Source of the DNA: an uncultured Ignavibacteriota bacterium
Lineage (GTDB): Bacteria; Bacteroidota; Ignavibacteria; UBA10030; UBA8401
Length of the DNA stretch: 64,000 nt
Reading direction: 5' to 3'
Assembly: GCA_903958625.1 (NCBI GenBank)
Contig: CAJBTU010000084.1
Span: forward strand, 7,472-71,471
Both the position numbers and the translations under genes were made by a program. Shown here one piece after another: positions 29,194 through 38,317 of this stretch. The stretch's first letter is position 1; the number at the start of each line of letters is the position of its first letter. Below the pieces are notes generated by a model. The model ran no database searches, was not told the origin of the DNA, and saw nothing but the letters and a program-made list of their open reading frames with translations.

Positions 29194-30387
29194 ATGGCAA
29201 TTGAATTTGACAGCCCGGCAGAAAACGGCGCAAAGATCCGCATCGTTGGTGTCGGCGGCGGCGGAACGAATGCCGTTCACAGCATGATCACACGCGGATT
29301 AAGCGGAGTCGATTTTGTCGCGATCAATACTGATGTACAGGCATTGGAACGGAATTCATCGACAACAAAGATCCGAATCGGCAAGAACCTTACTCGCGGA
29401 CTCGGTGCCGGTGCAGATCCTACGGTTGGTCAGCGTGCCGCAGAAGAGGATAAAGAAGAAATTGCACGAGTACTGGCTAACAGCGACATGGTTTTCGTAA
29501 CGGCGGGAATGGGAGGCGGAACGGGAACAGGCGCAGCTCCGGTCATCGCTAATGTTGCGAAAAGTCTCGGCGCGTTGGTTGTCGGTATCGTCACAAAACC
29601 CTTCACGCACGAAGGGAAAAAGAGAATGGCGCAGGCGGAATACGGAATTGAAGAATTACGCAAACATGTAGACACTCTCATTGTCATTCCGAACCAGCGT
29701 CTGCTGACGATCGTTGATAAAGCCACTCCGATCACGCAGGCGTTCGAAGTTGCGAACAGCGTGCTCTATAATGCAACTCGCGGTATCTCCGATATCATCA
29801 CCGTTCCCGGTCTTGTCAACCGCGACTTCGCCGATGTCAAACGGGTGATGCGCGATATGGGTGATGCATTGATGGGAACCGGAATTGCCACAGGAGAGAA
29901 CCGCGCAACGGAAGCGGCGAACATTGCCATCTCAAGCCCTCTGCTTGAAGGGGTTGATATTAAAGGGGCTCAGAAATTGCTCGTTAACATCACCGGCGGT
30001 CAGAATCTTTCCATTCAGGAATATGATGAAGCGATCGCGATCATCTCCGAAGCGGCAGGAAATGATGCCGAAGTTCTCGCCGGAGTTGTCGTTGATAACA
30101 ATCTCACCGATGAGATCATGGTAACAGTGATTGCCACCGGTTTCAACAAGATCATGGTGAAACCGCAGCAGCAGGATCGGTTTGCAGCGGCCCGCACACG
30201 CGGCATTCAGGTGGATCATATCCCGACGGGAGTCCGCGATCTGCAGAAGTTCGATACGCCGACGTACCTTCGCCGTGGTGTAACGGTAAATCCGCTGTCA
30301 TCGCAGGATGAACCAAAAGTCCATTCAATTGAACAGAATCAACAGGATCTGGACAAGCCGGCATTTCTGCGCCGTATCATGGATTAA
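29194..30387 (+). CDS. ftsZ: cell-division GTPase FtsZ
   Basis: GVGGGGTNAV, tubulin signature GMGGGTGTGAAPV, C-terminal DKPAFLRR peptide. AAGGAG Shine-Dalgarno upstream. Confidence 0.98.
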   Translation: MAIEFDSPAENGAKIRIVGVGGGGTNAVHSMITRGLSGVDFVAINTDVQALERNSSTTKIRIGKNLTRGLGAGADPTVGQRAAEEDKEEIARVLANSDMVFVTAGMGGGTGTGAAPVIANVAKSLGALVVGIVTKPFTHEGKKRMAQAEYGIEELRKHVDTLIVIPNQRLLTIVDKATPITQAFEVANSVLYNATRGISDIITVPGLVNRDFADVKRVMRDMGDALMGTGIATGENRATEAANIAISSPLLEGVDIKGAQKLLVNITGGQNLSIQEYDEAIAIISEAAGNDAEVLAGVVVDNNLTDEIMVTVIATGFNKIMVKPQQQDRFAAARTRGIQVDHIPTGVRDLQKFDTPTYLRRGVTVNPLSSQDEPKVHSIEQNQQDLDKPAFLRRIMD

Positions 30388-30433
30388 AAAAAACAGATAT
30401 CATAATTTTTGATTTCTGATATCAGTCTTAAAG

Positions 30434-30464
30434 GCCCGCGCGATAAGCGCGGGTTCTTATTTTT
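30434..30464 (+). terminator. Rho-independent terminator ending the dcw cluster
   Basis: GCCCGCGC (30434-41), loop GATAA, GCGCGGG (30447-53), then TTCTTATTTTT. Confidence 0.85.
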
Positions 30465-30621
30465 AAATCCGGTTAAGCAAGTTTTGATATTTTGTTCTGG
30501 AACGATTCGATCGGCAGCCATGCAGGGGGCATTGCCCTGAGAGATACATGTTGACGCGGGAAACACCGGATTTTCATTCTTGCTTCTGCAGCATTCGCTT
30601 TCTATCTTCGTCGTGAAGATT

Positions 30622-31650
30622 ATGGATTTTTCCTCCTCGCATATACCGCCATTGTTGCACAAAGTTCTTTCCGGAGATGCCTCCATTTCCGAAACAAACT
30701 TGATTGTCCGTCATGCTCATCATTTTGCACTTGTTCGGTTGAAACAGCTGCTCGCATCGGGCGCTTTGCATTTGCATTCGTTCCCGGTCACGCTGGAATC
30801 AACGGCCATCGATTGTATTGCCGAATTATTTGAACGCGACAGCGAAGGAGTGTTCATCGAGCTGGAACATTTTTTTTCCGTTGAACACGATCTGAGCAGG
30901 TTGACCAATGACGATATCATTGCACATTTCCGTTCGCTTGTGTTCACAAAACTTAAAGACGGGATCTTCCGGTTGTACCGTGAGAACGATCCCGTTCTCA
31001 GCAAGATCCTTCGTAATCTTAAAATAGCTGTAGATAAAAATTCAAATATCTCTTTGATCGAACGGCTGGGAATCACTTATCTTATATTTTCAAAGAACAA
31101 TGCAGCAAATATCCATCTGCCGGAGTACCCTTTGGATCTATTGGAAAAGGAAGTTGCAAAACACTATCGGCAGGGAGAATCTTCCGGAAATTTCCTGTCA
31201 GTCGTAAGCACCATATTTGCGGAACAGGATCACTATCGGCGTATGTATTCTCTTATTGATTGCGCGGTAGTGCTAAAGAGAGTCTCGGCATCATACAAAA
31301 TTCCGATGGAGGAAATATTCGCAGCCGAGGACGGTTTTCTGATGCAGGATATTCATTCAGTGGTGGAACGGACGTTAATCCAGATTCAGCGTGACCTGAG
31401 AAAACGATATGTTGAATCCGGAAAAATTACCGACGATGTCTTTAAAAAATATTTTTCTGCCATCAGCGAAATGATCATTGATGCATTTGTCCGCAGCGAC
31501 GGATCCGAAAAGAGTTACGACGAATATTTGCAGTATCATATCAAGAGTTTAACGTATGATGAATACCGGAAGAATCACAGGGTTCAGTTCGAATACATGA
31601 CAAAATTGGCGAAAAAGGCTGTTCGCGAACAACTGAAAGAATTGTTATAG
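30622..31650 (+). CDS. hypothetical protein; possible highly divergent, oversized sigma-70/ECF-like factor
   Basis: Lies directly upstream of a zf-HC2 anti-sigma-like gene. The N-terminal stretch AIDCIAELFERD...IIAHFRSLVFTKLKDGIFRLYR is loosely like sigma region 2. The C-terminal YMTKLAKKAVREQLKELL is loosely like the end of region 4. About 200 aa lie between them. Start taken at the ATG at 30622. Confidence 0.3.
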   Translation: MDFSSSHIPPLLHKVLSGDASISETNLIVRHAHHFALVRLKQLLASGALHLHSFPVTLESTAIDCIAELFERDSEGVFIELEHFFSVEHDLSRLTNDDIIAHFRSLVFTKLKDGIFRLYRENDPVLSKILRNLKIAVDKNSNISLIERLGITYLIFSKNNAANIHLPEYPLDLLEKEVAKHYRQGESSGNFLSVVSTIFAEQDHYRRMYSLIDCAVVLKRVSASYKIPMEEIFAAEDGFLMQDIHSVVERTLIQIQRDLRKRYVESGKITDDVFKKYFSAISEMIIDAFVRSDGSEKSYDEYLQYHIKSLTYDEYRKNHRVQFEYMTKLAKKAVREQLKELL

Positions 31651-31765
31651 CATTTTTCTGCACCGTTGGAAGCGTGAGAGGATAACTATAAAAAATAAAG
31701 GGAAGCATACCAGCAAGTTGTACGGAATGACCAATAAAAAGGATGAAAGCCGCGCTATAGTGTAA

Positions 31766-33151
31766 ATGGAACACTTTTCCGAACATATGTTAGAATTGTA
31801 TGCGCGAAACAGCGACGGCGTTCAGAACCGCCGCGCTGAGATAGAACAGCATCTCGCAGAATGCTTCAGTTGCAGGGAGTTGGTCCTGGAATTACAGGCA
31901 TTTTATGACCAGACGGACAAATCAAAAAAATTGCTTGCCGCACAGCCGGAAGAGTCGTCTTCGCTGGTAATGGAAGCGCATATACGTAAAAGAGAGGTCT
32001 CTTCAGTTTATGTTTCTCATTCTCTTCCTGCCAGGATCATTCGTTTTGTAAAAAAGCAACCCGTGGCAAGTTCGATGGTTACTCTGGGTCTTATCGTGCT
32101 TGGTCTATATTCTTTCAATACCGTTCAGAAGAAAGGTGAAGAAAATCCCGTATCATACCAATATAACACTGAAAGTAACTGCATTGCCGTCTACAATAAG
32201 AATGATGTTAAATTGTGGGAAAAAAGATTACGAATCGGAGTGGGACCGGTCATAGAAATGGAGAAGGGGTACTCATTAAACAGGACGGTGATTGCCGATA
32301 TCGATCAGGATGGACTCAATGAAGTAATTATTCTTTCAACTCTTGCAACGGAGGAACCGTCATTCTCGAAAGTAAAAATATTCGATGCCCAGGGGAAAAT
32401 AAAAAAGGAAATACAGCCTCCGTTTCAAACTATACGGTACATATCAAAAAAATACGATACCGAATATAATCCTTCAACGGTTCTGTTCGGTGGAAATCAA
32501 CAGAAAAATTTCTACATCAGTTACGAAAATGGACGGTCGCCTTCGATCATTGCTCGTTATGACGGACAAGGGAAAATCGTTGGCACATTTAAGCATTTTG
32601 GTCAATTATCGGGCATGCTGTTTTATGATGTGGATCATGACGGGAAGAATGAATTGATCCTGAACGGAATTAATGACACGGAAGATGAAACAAAGAGATC
32701 GTTTGCGGTAACGGTGATCCTCGATCCTGATAAAATAACGGGAGATTGCGAAAGTTCCGCAACGAAAGGATTTGGTTTGCCCTCATCGTCGGCCGAACTA
32801 TATTACATCCGCTATCCTATTCCCGAGATCATTCAGCAGTCAACCATTAACCTGATCGCAAAAAATACCTTTTCAAAGGGTGACAAAGAGTTCCGAGTAT
32901 TGTGCGAAGGGGTGGTTGATAAAACCTCGGTCGCCATCGAGTATTTTTTCGATTCAACACTCGCCGTGCGCGATGTGAAATTCGCCTCACAAACGTTGAC
33001 GCATCACAATCTTCTCTATAAACAGGGTAAACTTTCGCAGCCGATCACCGAACAATATATCCGATCCCTGAAGGAAGCAGTACTATTTTGGGATGGTGCA
33101 ACGTGGGGGAAAAAACCGGTTAGAATAGGGCTAAATATTAGCCAAAAATAA
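31766..33151 (+). CDS. zf-HC2 anti-sigma-factor-like membrane protein with an FG-GAP/VCBS-like extracytoplasmic domain
   Basis: HLAECFSC matches HxxxCxxC near the N-terminus. Single TM helix (VASSMVTLGLIVLGLYSF). The extracytoplasmic region contains DIDQDGLNE and DVDHDGKNE calcium-loop motifs of FG-GAP type. Confidence 0.65.
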   Translation: MEHFSEHMLELYARNSDGVQNRRAEIEQHLAECFSCRELVLELQAFYDQTDKSKKLLAAQPEESSSLVMEAHIRKREVSSVYVSHSLPARIIRFVKKQPVASSMVTLGLIVLGLYSFNTVQKKGEENPVSYQYNTESNCIAVYNKNDVKLWEKRLRIGVGPVIEMEKGYSLNRTVIADIDQDGLNEVIILSTLATEEPSFSKVKIFDAQGKIKKEIQPPFQTIRYISKKYDTEYNPSTVLFGGNQQKNFYISYENGRSPSIIARYDGQGKIVGTFKHFGQLSGMLFYDVDHDGKNELILNGINDTEDETKRSFAVTVILDPDKITGDCESSATKGFGLPSSSAELYYIRYPIPEIIQQSTINLIAKNTFSKGDKEFRVLCEGVVDKTSVAIEYFFDSTLAVRDVKFASQTLTHHNLLYKQGKLSQPITEQYIRSLKEAVLFWDGATWGKKPVRIGLNISQK

Positions 33152-33178
33152 CATTATCTATTAACCAGATTTATGATT

Positions 33179-33215
33179 GCCCTTTGAAGATATCGATCAA
33201 AGGGCATTTTATTTT
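33179..33215 (+). terminator. Rho-independent terminator
   Basis: GCCCTTTGA (33179-87) / TCAAAGGGC (33197-205), followed by ATTTTATTTT. Confidence 0.8.
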
Positions 33216-33299
33216 GCGAAAAATTCAGCAATCACCTTTCGATGCAAGGATATGATAATATCTATCGAGTAAATATTCCCAAATAATTGAAAGGCAGTT

Positions 33300-33551
33300 A
33301 TGGCAACCACGAAGATCGGTCATATTATCTGGAGTGTAAAAATAGCGGCATGCTGTTTTGTGATCGCCGTTCTGTTTATCGGATCCCTGTTACTTCTTCC
33401 TTATGAATCATTTTTTCTCAGCGCGTTGATCATTCTTCTTTTACTTCGCTTCATTGAAAAGAATATGAAAGAATATTCTTCTCACCGCAGCAGCGGTGAA
33501 ACTATAAAAATTTTATCCGCATTCTCACTGAAAAGACAATCGCAGAGATAA
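33300..33551 (+). CDS. small two-TM membrane protein (hypothetical)
   Basis: 83-aa ORF with two hydrophobic helices. No other support. Confidence 0.35.
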   Translation: MATTKIGHIIWSVKIAACCFVIAVLFIGSLLLLPYESFFLSALIILLLLRFIEKNMKEYSSHRSSGETIKILSAFSLKRQSQR

Positions 33552-33591
33552 ATTTCCAAAGTAAACGGTTGGCTGTATTCAAAAACAATCT

Positions 33592-33987
33592 ATGGGATAT
33601 TCGGTAGACATAGAAAAAATTAATGAGTATTTGCATGTCACTGCCCGCGGTGATAAATCGCTGGCAAATATCCTTTCCTATTTAGAGAAAGTATATGATG
33701 CGTGCATACACCATCGCTGTTCCAACGTGCTGATTGAAGATCATATGGTTGGTCCGAAACTGGATTCTTACGATATTTTCGTTGTCATATCAAAAAATGT
33801 CTATAAAGCAAAAACCGTTGGTCTTCGTCTGGCATTTGTGAATATGAATACCGTGCACGACACACATGGATTAAAATTTGGCGAGAACCTTGCTCATATC
33901 CGCGGCATGAATGTGCGGGTTTTCTATGACAGCAACACGCCGGAAATGGTTGCCTGGCTTCTCGGAAATCAAACAAAATCGTTATGA
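33592..33987 (+). CDS. small hypothetical protein, STAS/SpoIIAA-like by pattern
   Basis: 131 aa. The pattern is the same general type as the 1026..1400 product and ends ...FYDSNTPEMVAWLLG. A terminator follows at 34078. Confidence 0.45.
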   Translation: MGYSVDIEKINEYLHVTARGDKSLANILSYLEKVYDACIHHRCSNVLIEDHMVGPKLDSYDIFVVISKNVYKAKTVGLRLAFVNMNTVHDTHGLKFGENLAHIRGMNVRVFYDSNTPEMVAWLLGNQTKSL

Positions 33988-34077
33988 AAAAACAAATGAT
34001 TACTGCTATGGTTGAATCAAAGCAACCTTTTCGTATTTGTTAATAAACATTGCAATATTCCTATTTTGAACCACCAG

Positions 34078-34101
34078 GCCCAATTCTATTTGGGCTTTTT
34101 T
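34078..34101 (+). terminator. Rho-independent terminator
   Basis: GCCCAA (34078-83), 6-nt loop, TTGGGC (34090-95), TTTTTT. Confidence 0.7.
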
Positions 34102-34175
34102 GTGCTCTTTTTAAGTGTAATTTTATAAAGCGTACGGATTGTCTTTCCCTCGCTAATTTTCTATCTTAACTCATT

Positions 34176-34859
34176 ATGGTTTTAATGAGCAAACGAGCGG
34201 TAATCATCATTTGCGTTTTTCTCTGTGTAATCGCCGAAATTAATGCGCAATCCAAGCGTATCGAATCGCAGTTTCGTATAGCCCGGCTAAAATACTCCGG
34301 CGGCGGGGACTGGTATAACGATCCTTCCGCTGAGGTAAATTTGCTGAAATATGCTAAGCAAAACGCCGGAATTGACACGGATCCGAAATATGAATTTGTA
34401 GAGATTTCTAATGATAATTTCACATCTTATCCCCTTATCTTTATGACTGGGCATGGTAATGTGTCGTTTTCGGACTATGAGATTAAACGGCTCCGTACAT
34501 ACCTTGAAAGCGGCGGATTTCTTTATATTGATGATGATTTTGGAATGGATAAAGCTATCCGCCGTGAAATAAAAAAGGTTTTTCCTGAATATGATTTTGC
34601 AGAACTTCCTTATAATTACGGATTATATTCCTGCTTCTATCGTTTTCCGAACGGCGTGCCTAAAACTCATGAGCACGATAATAAGCCGCCGCAGGGATTA
34701 GGGATAATTCATAAAGGAAGACTGGTCGTCTATTATACGTACGAATCCAATCCAAGCGATGCCTGGGCTGATGCTGATATCCATAAGGATCCGCCGGAAA
34801 AAAGGGAAGAAGCCCTGAGATTTGGAACAAATATTTTGATCTGGAGTTTAACACAGTAA
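34176..34859 (+). CDS. secreted DUF4159-like protein (class I glutamine-amidotransferase-like fold)
   Basis: Signal peptide. RIARLKYSGGGDWYNDPSAEVNLL...YPLIFMTGHG...GGFLYIDD matches my memory of the DUF4159 family that accompanies Bat/MoxR-type operons in the FCB group. Confidence 0.65.
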   Translation: MVLMSKRAVIIICVFLCVIAEINAQSKRIESQFRIARLKYSGGGDWYNDPSAEVNLLKYAKQNAGIDTDPKYEFVEISNDNFTSYPLIFMTGHGNVSFSDYEIKRLRTYLESGGFLYIDDDFGMDKAIRREIKKVFPEYDFAELPYNYGLYSCFYRFPNGVPKTHEHDNKPPQGLGIIHKGRLVVYYTYESNPSDAWADADIHKDPPEKREEALRFGTNILIWSLTQ

Positions 34860-34895
34860 TATTTTTGCAACAAGGGATGTACAGTTGAAAAGAAT

Positions 34896-37800
34896 TTGAA
34901 TCAACAAACTCAACATATCGTCAGTCAAATAAAAGAGCGGATCGACAAAACACGCCGCGCTCTTTATCTGCGGGAATTGTTAACGGCAGGATTGAAAACT
35001 TTTTCGGTTTTCGTCCTTCTTGGCGCTATGCTTGTCTTTATTGAATCGCTGGCAGAATTTCACGCCGAAACCCGGACCATTCTTTTTTATGTTTACTTAC
35101 TCCTAACGTTTGCATCGGCAACGTGGTTGTTGTGGAAACCGCTGCTGGGATTTCTGGGGATCCTGAAGTCTCACCCGGACAGAGAAATTGCGCGTTTGAT
35201 CGGCACAAAGTTCGAACAGGTTGCAGACCGTCTGGAAAATGTACTCGATCTTTCCGACATGATCAGGCAAGGCGATTTTAGCGGCTCTCCGGAATTGATC
35301 GAAGTAGCGCTGGAACATTTTGGTAAGTCAACTGCCGGTATTAATTTTGTTGATGCTGTCTCGTTTGCCAGACTTCGTGGGCTGGCGCAGATTTCCGGCG
35401 CGATCGGATTGACAATTGCCGTACTCGCGGTTATTCCCGGATCGCAGTTTAATGCCGCAGCGAAAAGAATGTTCAATTACGATAAAGAATTTATGCCCGT
35501 TGCGGCATTTTACATCACCGTCAGTCCGGGCAATATTGATATCGTAAAAGGGGAATCGGTGAGGGTTCAGGCCAATCTGGTTCCCGGTGAAAGCCACGAC
35601 CCGCTTCCGTCCGAACTGGTACTTTCCTATTCCGAAGAGGGAATTGACGCATCCGAAAACATTATTTTACACCCGGATTCTTCGGGACAATTCCGCTATC
35701 TGTTCTCATCGTTGAAAAAAACCACCGTTTATCGTCTTCTCTCCGGTGAAATTGAAAGTGACCGGTTTAATATCACCGTTGTCGACCGTCCCTTTGTTCG
35801 TTCGCTGACCGTTTCGCTTATTCCGCCCCCCTATACAAAATTAAAACGCGAAACATTGGAAGAGAATATTGGTGATATCCTAGCCTTGCCGGGAACGAAG
35901 ATCCATTGGACAATCACTCCAAGCAAAGAGATCTCGTCTGCTTCGGTGAAGCTGAAGAACGGTTCAACGATACCGATGAAAAAAAATGGAGAAAAATATT
36001 CCGCCGATGTATCACTGCTGGAGCCGACTTCGTATTTCATTCAACTGAAAGATGAAAAAGGCAACACGAATCAAAATATCATTGAATATAAAATTGATCT
36101 GCTCAACGATGAGTATCCGTCTATTTCCATTCTTTCGCCCGGCAGGAATATCGACGTAACGGAAGCAATGATGCTGCCGATGGAATTCAAAGTGTCCGAT
36201 GATTTTGGCCTCACTCAGCTTCACCTGGAATTCCGTTTGATCGAGTCCAGATATTCAAGCGGTGAAAAAGAGGTCGGCACGATCATACCGTTTGATACGC
36301 TGACAATTAAGGAAGGTACGCTGAACTATCTGTGGGACCTTTCGCTCCTTGGTCTTGTGCCGGAAGATGTGGTGGAATATTACGCAGAAGTTCAGGATAA
36401 CGATGCGGTGAACGGCCCCAAATCGGCGAAAACACAAACGTATTTGATACGCCTTCCATCATTGGAAGAAGTATTTGCCGATGCGAATAAAACTCACGAT
36501 GATGTCGAAAAAACACTCGAAGAATCGATGAAAGAATCGCGTGAATTGAAGAAAAATCTTCAGGAATTGTCCGACGATATGAAACGCAACCAGCAGATGG
36601 ACTGGCAGAAGCAGAAAAAAGCGGAAGAAATCGTAAAGAAATATGAGGAGATCCAAAAGAAGATCGACGATGTTAATAAATCGGTTGACGAAATGACGCA
36701 GACGCTTCAGAAGAACAGCACACTATCCAAAGAGACGCTAGAAAAATATCTTGAACTGCAAAAAACGCTGAGCGAACTGGATTCACCGGAATTTCAAAAA
36801 GCGATGAAACGAATGCAGGAGGCGATGCAGAATGTCTCCCCGGAACAGATGCGCGAAGCGATGCAGCAGGCACAGTTCAACGAGGAGCAGTTCCGTCAAA
36901 GCATCGAACGGACGATGAATCTGTTGAAACGGATACAGATCGAACAAAAAGTGGATGAGTTGCTGAAACGTACACAGTTGATGCAGCAGGCGCAGGAAGA
37001 GGTAAAGAAGCAGACGAAAGAACTGACACAGAATGATTCGCAAAAAGCGACCGAACTTGCGCAGAAACAGGACGATATTGACAAGCAGCTGTCGAAAGTG
37101 CAAAAGGAGATGAGCGATCTTCAAAAGAAAATGGAAGAATTTCCGAAAGAGATGCCGGTAGAAAAGATGGAAGAAGCCAAGCAGGCGGCGAACAATCGCG
37201 AAATGAGGAATGCAATGAAACAAAGCGCTCAGCAGCTGCGCACATTGCAGATGGAGCGAGCGATGACGGCGCAGCAGCAGGCAAGCAGCGGCATCAATGA
37301 GATGCAGGAACAGATTTCCGAATTGCAGGAACAGATGCTGAACAACCAAATGCAGCAGACAATGAGTGCACTTCGAAAGGCAATGCAGGATCTGCTGCAG
37401 ATCTCACAAAAACAGGAACAGCTGAAGAATCAATCCCGTTCGCTGGATCCGAACTCCCAGCAGTTCCGAGAAATGGCGCAGGAGCAGCAAAATATTCAGA
37501 ACGATCTGAACAATGTCGCAAACGCATTGATGGAACTTTCTCAGCAGTCATTTGTTGTCTCACCGGAAATGGGGAAACAAATAGGGCGTGCAATGGGTCA
37601 AATGCAGCAGGCGATGAATGGAATTGAACAGCGGAACGGGCAGTCAACCAGTGCATCGCAGAACGAAGCGATGGCGTCGCTGAACAAAGCTGCAACGCAG
37701 ATGCAGGGCGCCATGCAGCAAATGCAGCAGCAGGGTGGACAGGGGGGCGGTTCGCTGATGCAGCAATTGCGCAATATGGCAATGCAGCAGCAGCAGATCA

Positions 37801-38285
37801 ATGGACAAACGCAGCAGATCGGAGAGCAGGAGGGGATGTCCCAGCAGCAGAAGCAGGAAATGGGAAGACTTGCCCGTCAGCAGGAAGCGGTGAGAAAATC
37901 GCTGGAGCAGCTGCAGCGCGAAGCGCAAGTGTCGCCGGAAAAAAATAAAGTGATGGGCGACCTTGAAAAAATTGCCGACGAGATGAAGGAAGTGGTGGAA
38001 CAACTGCAGCAAAATCAGATTAATCCGAACGTGCGGCAGCATCAGGAACGGATCTTGTCGCGCCTGCTTCAGGCTCAGCGCTCCATGCGCGAACGCGATT
38101 ACGAACAAAAACGGAAAGCAACTGCCGGGGTCAATATCTTTAAAAGGAATCCGGCTCAACTGTCAACCAAGACGAACGAATCACAGATGCAAAAGGATCT
38201 GCAGCGCGCTCAGGAATCAGGTTACAGTAAAGATTATATAGAACTCATCCGCCGGTACTATGAATCGATCGGCAGAAACAATTAG
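34896..38285 (+). CDS. large membrane-anchored DUF4175-like protein with a long Q/M/E/K-rich coiled-coil region
   Basis: 1129 aa with an apparent TTG start. Two N-terminal TM helices, then Ig-like beta-rich segments, then about 550 aa of heptad-like low-complexity sequence (MQQAQ..., MQQMQQQGGQGGG). The size and the DUF4159 neighbour fit DUF4175. Confidence 0.6.
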   Translation: MNQQTQHIVSQIKERIDKTRRALYLRELLTAGLKTFSVFVLLGAMLVFIESLAEFHAETRTILFYVYLLLTFASATWLLWKPLLGFLGILKSHPDREIARLIGTKFEQVADRLENVLDLSDMIRQGDFSGSPELIEVALEHFGKSTAGINFVDAVSFARLRGLAQISGAIGLTIAVLAVIPGSQFNAAAKRMFNYDKEFMPVAAFYITVSPGNIDIVKGESVRVQANLVPGESHDPLPSELVLSYSEEGIDASENIILHPDSSGQFRYLFSSLKKTTVYRLLSGEIESDRFNITVVDRPFVRSLTVSLIPPPYTKLKRETLEENIGDILALPGTKIHWTITPSKEISSASVKLKNGSTIPMKKNGEKYSADVSLLEPTSYFIQLKDEKGNTNQNIIEYKIDLLNDEYPSISILSPGRNIDVTEAMMLPMEFKVSDDFGLTQLHLEFRLIESRYSSGEKEVGTIIPFDTLTIKEGTLNYLWDLSLLGLVPEDVVEYYAEVQDNDAVNGPKSAKTQTYLIRLPSLEEVFADANKTHDDVEKTLEESMKESRELKKNLQELSDDMKRNQQMDWQKQKKAEEIVKKYEEIQKKIDDVNKSVDEMTQTLQKNSTLSKETLEKYLELQKTLSELDSPEFQKAMKRMQEAMQNVSPEQMREAMQQAQFNEEQFRQSIERTMNLLKRIQIEQKVDELLKRTQLMQQAQEEVKKQTKELTQNDSQKATELAQKQDDIDKQLSKVQKEMSDLQKKMEEFPKEMPVEKMEEAKQAANNREMRNAMKQSAQQLRTLQMERAMTAQQQASSGINEMQEQISELQEQMLNNQMQQTMSALRKAMQDLLQISQKQEQLKNQSRSLDPNSQQFREMAQEQQNIQNDLNNVANALMELSQQSFVVSPEMGKQIGRAMGQMQQAMNGIEQRNGQSTSASQNEAMASLNKAATQMQGAMQQMQQQGGQGGGSLMQQLRNMAMQQQQINGQTQQIGEQEGMSQQQKQEMGRLARQQEAVRKSLEQLQREAQVSPEKNKVMGDLEKIADEMKEVVEQLQQNQINPNVRQHQERILSRLLQAQRSMRERDYEQKRKATAGVNIFKRNPAQLSTKTNESQMQKDLQRAQESGYSKDYIELIRRYYESIGRNN

Positions 38286-38317
38286 CGGCGCCCATTCGGA
38301 ACCGATCTGTCAACATC

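Noticed and set aside
36783-38159. Cluster of 135-190-aa minus-strand ORFs
   Set aside because: They are by-products of the CAG/ATG-rich coiled-coil coding region of the DUF4175-like gene. Their translations are low-complexity L/H/F/R strings.
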